NCBI GenBank assembly: GCA_964016885.1
Contig: OZ024742.1
Coordinates: 42,966,001-43,030,000 of the forward strand
DNA length: 64,000 nt
Direction of reading: 5' to 3'
Origin: Eledone cirrhosa
Taxonomy: Eukaryota
This document shows, one piece after another, positions 56,443 to 64,000 of the stretch. The position numbers and the translations under genes are program-made. The number at the start of each line of letters is the position of its first letter. Position 1 is the stretch's first letter. The notes under the pieces were generated by a model. That model had not been told where the DNA came from. It did not search any database and worked only from the letters and a program-made list of their open reading frames with translations.

Positions 56443-56864
56443 TACATGTGGAAAATCCTGGAGGGACTAGCACCAAACTTTGGCATTGGGAGCTGGACCA
56501 ACCGTCGAACAGGACGTCACTGTGTGGTGCCAAAGGTTCCGTCTTCCACATCTAGAATAAGGAGCAGGTATTGCAATAGCCTGGGATTCAAGGGCCCTCA
56601 ACTCTTCAACAGGCTGCCGAGGCATCTGCGAGACTTGCATGACGTGGAGGTGGATGTCTTTAAGAAACATCTCGACACCTTGTTATCCAGGATCCCGGAT
56701 GAGCCCACAGCAAGACACGAGGGAAACCTAAGGGCAGCAGCAACAAACTCCCTCCTACACCAGTGGCCAACCTATATAGGCTGGAGATAAAATGTGTAGC
56801 AACAAGGGCGGTGCCCCAACATGGCCTCAGCCGGATGGCTGAAACAGGTAAAAGAGTAAAAGAG
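56443..56864 (+). mobile_element. CR1-group LINE 3' fragment
   Basis: Same endpoints as 50227-50648. Confidence 0.9.
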
Positions 56865-61634
<4,770 letters not shown>

Positions 61635-63668
61635 AAGTATTGAAGTTTCCGTTGAAAATTGAAAAAGTCATAGGAGTGAAGAGTGCTCTATGTAAGTACC
61701 AGAGCAAAATTTAATGTATAATAAACAATACAATATAATTACCTCATTACCAGAGGTTTCCTGAATAAGACGAATACGAAAAATGTCCTCATTCGTTCAT
61801 CGGACAAGGTAATTTAAAACATAGTGAAATATTTGAAAAGTCTCTTCAAGAAAGGCAAGAGTTTAACGGGCAAAAAATATATAAATAAAACTAATGCAAG
61901 AGATATATAAAAAAATAAGGAAAAATAGTTAGGGTATGTGTATATGTATGTATATACACTCACAAATGTACATATGTGTGTATGTACAAATGCATGTGTA
62001 TGGTGAAAATGTGTGCGCAAGTACATATATGAGGGCAAGTATATTTGTGTATATGTGACCACAAATACGTATGTAATACACAAGAAATTTTCACCAGTTG
62101 CCCACACATGAAATCACACTTGCTTTCCAGCTCATATAAACTTAACTCATTTTCAGATACTTATCCTCCATAAACTCTTATTCTTCACTTTCCTTAAATT
62201 ATCCTCTTTACAGACTTCTCTTTCTGATTTACTTTCATTTTTAACTTTATTTTTAATTTTATTTTTATTTTTATTTTTACTTCACATCCACCAGTAACCC
62301 CACCCCCTACTTTCCGATTCACTAACTTAATATCTTCACATTCCCCATTTTACTCCCCCATTTTCTTTCACTACCTGATACCAAATGTCACTTGCGTTTT
62401 CCACTCCAGATATATTCTGTTGTTTCGCAGCCGATTTTATATTTGTACTCATTTATTCATACGGCTGGTTTATAATCTGCATCTATGCGTGTGAGTGTGC
62501 ATATGTGTGTATACGTTCTGTATATGTATACGAACGACTCCGTATGTGTGCGTGCGTACGTATATATATGTGTGTGTATGTGTGTTTTTATATCTATGTT
62601 TTTTTATATCTATGTTTTTTACATACTTATTTATACGTGTGTGTGTATGCGGGTGAATGTATGTGTATGTGTATGTATATGTGTGTATATGTATACGTAT
62701 ATATGGGTGTGTATGTATATATGTATATATATATATATAGTCGCGTACGTGCGTGTGATTAGATATACATGTGGCGATATATATATATATACGTGCCTCG
62801 TGTGTATGTATGTACGCATGCATGCGCTTTTGTCTGTACGTATTTGTATGTATAAATATTTATATGGAGAAGAAGTTTATGAAACGGAAATGCGGGTATA
62901 AAGAATTTATTAGGTAACAATTGTTTCTATAGTGTATGGGTTACCTATACCTCGCTATTTGAATAACTACTTAGTAACATTGGAATACAAATTTACTAAA
63001 TATTTATATATATATATGTGTGTGTACGTGCGTACCTATGTTTGTTTTTGTTTTTTTCTAGTGTTAATCGATTACTTTCTCTTTGATTTAATAAATTTTT
63101 TCATTCTCATATATTGTTTTCTTTTTATACATATATAGAGAATGACACTTCTTTTTACTATTACACTCCCTTCCCTCTTTATCTTCCGCATATAAGTGAC
63201 CGCGCGTGTGTGTGTGTTTATACGCGTGCTTTCATACTCGTATGTGTATTTAATACCTGTATCTGGATGCGTGTTAACTATATTATCTTACAATTTCTTT
63301 TTCAACTCATATTATATACGTATTTGTGGTCACATATGCACAAATATACTTGCCCTCATATATGTACTTACGCACACATTTTCACCATATACATGTATTT
63401 GTACATACGCACATATGTACATTTGTGAGTGTATATACATACATATACACATGCCCTAACTATATTTCCTTATTTTTTTATATATCTCTTGCATTACTTT
63501 TATTTATATATTTTTTGCCCGTTAAACTCTTGCCTTTCTTGAAGAGACTTTTTAAATATTTCACTATGTTTTAAATTGCCTTGTCCGATGAACGAATGAG
63601 GACGTTTTTCGTATTCGTCTTATTCGAGAAACCTCTGGTAATGAGGTAATTATATTGTATTGTTTATT
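61635..63668. mobile_element. Non-coding PLE 3' region, inverted pair
   Basis: Arms 61712-62075 and 63312-63668; tail 61635-61711; HHR in both arms. Confidence 0.75.
63579..63646 (+). ncRNA. Hammerhead variant (CCGATGA core)
   Basis: CCTTGT-CCGATGA-A CGAATGAGGACG..CGTCTTATTCG A-GAAA-CCTCTGG-TA-ATGAGG. Confidence 0.7.
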
Positions 63669-63674
63669 ATACAT

Positions 63675-63767
<93 letters not shown>

Positions 63768-63844
63768 GTATATATATGGATATATATACATATATATATA
63801 TGTGTATATATATACATATATATATGTGTATATATATGTGTGTT

Positions 63845-63897
<53 letters not shown>

Positions 63898-64000
63898 ATG
63901 TGTGTGTGTGTGTGTGTATCTATATATATTTGACCGGGGAGGAGATTGTTTCTAAAAATATCTATCTTGGTATTTCTGTCTGTAAGTCTGTAATCCTTAA

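Overview
Eukaryotic, very AT-rich animal DNA. The tRNA-derived SINE at about 13.1 kb and the TE content look like octopus/cephalopod, but that is an inference. Long (TA)n/(TACA)n microsatellites act as a landing pad for many retroelements. Most are Penelope-like elements (PLEs: RT plus C-terminal GIY-YIG) from at least 8 coding families, plus about 10 tiny non-coding PLE-end inserts, most carrying minimal hammerhead ribozymes (HHRs). Also present are CR1-group, RTE, CRE-like and L1/Tx1-like LINE fragments, a SINE and Helitron-like ends. The only host gene evidence is two phase-1 exons encoding one F-type lectin domain (13636-13842, 22879-23106). All I/Y/H/T/C/V-rich ORFs are microsatellite artefacts. 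Most notable observations: (1) nearly every PLE insert, from 90 bp to 6 kb, is an asymmetric hairpin: one arm has a 3' tail, the other ends at an internal TA site; (2) the tails run into the ORF start codon, implying a circular or tandem template; (3) a retrozyme-like HHR circle is fused as the second arm of a PLE; (4) a near-complete Neptune-type PLE has an HIV-type U_UUU_UUA heptamer exactly where a basic ORF1 overlaps RT-EN in the -1 frame; (5) a covarying non-canonical HHR core (CNGUUGA). Coordinates were read by eye and may be off by a few nt. Clade names are motif-based, not database-verified.
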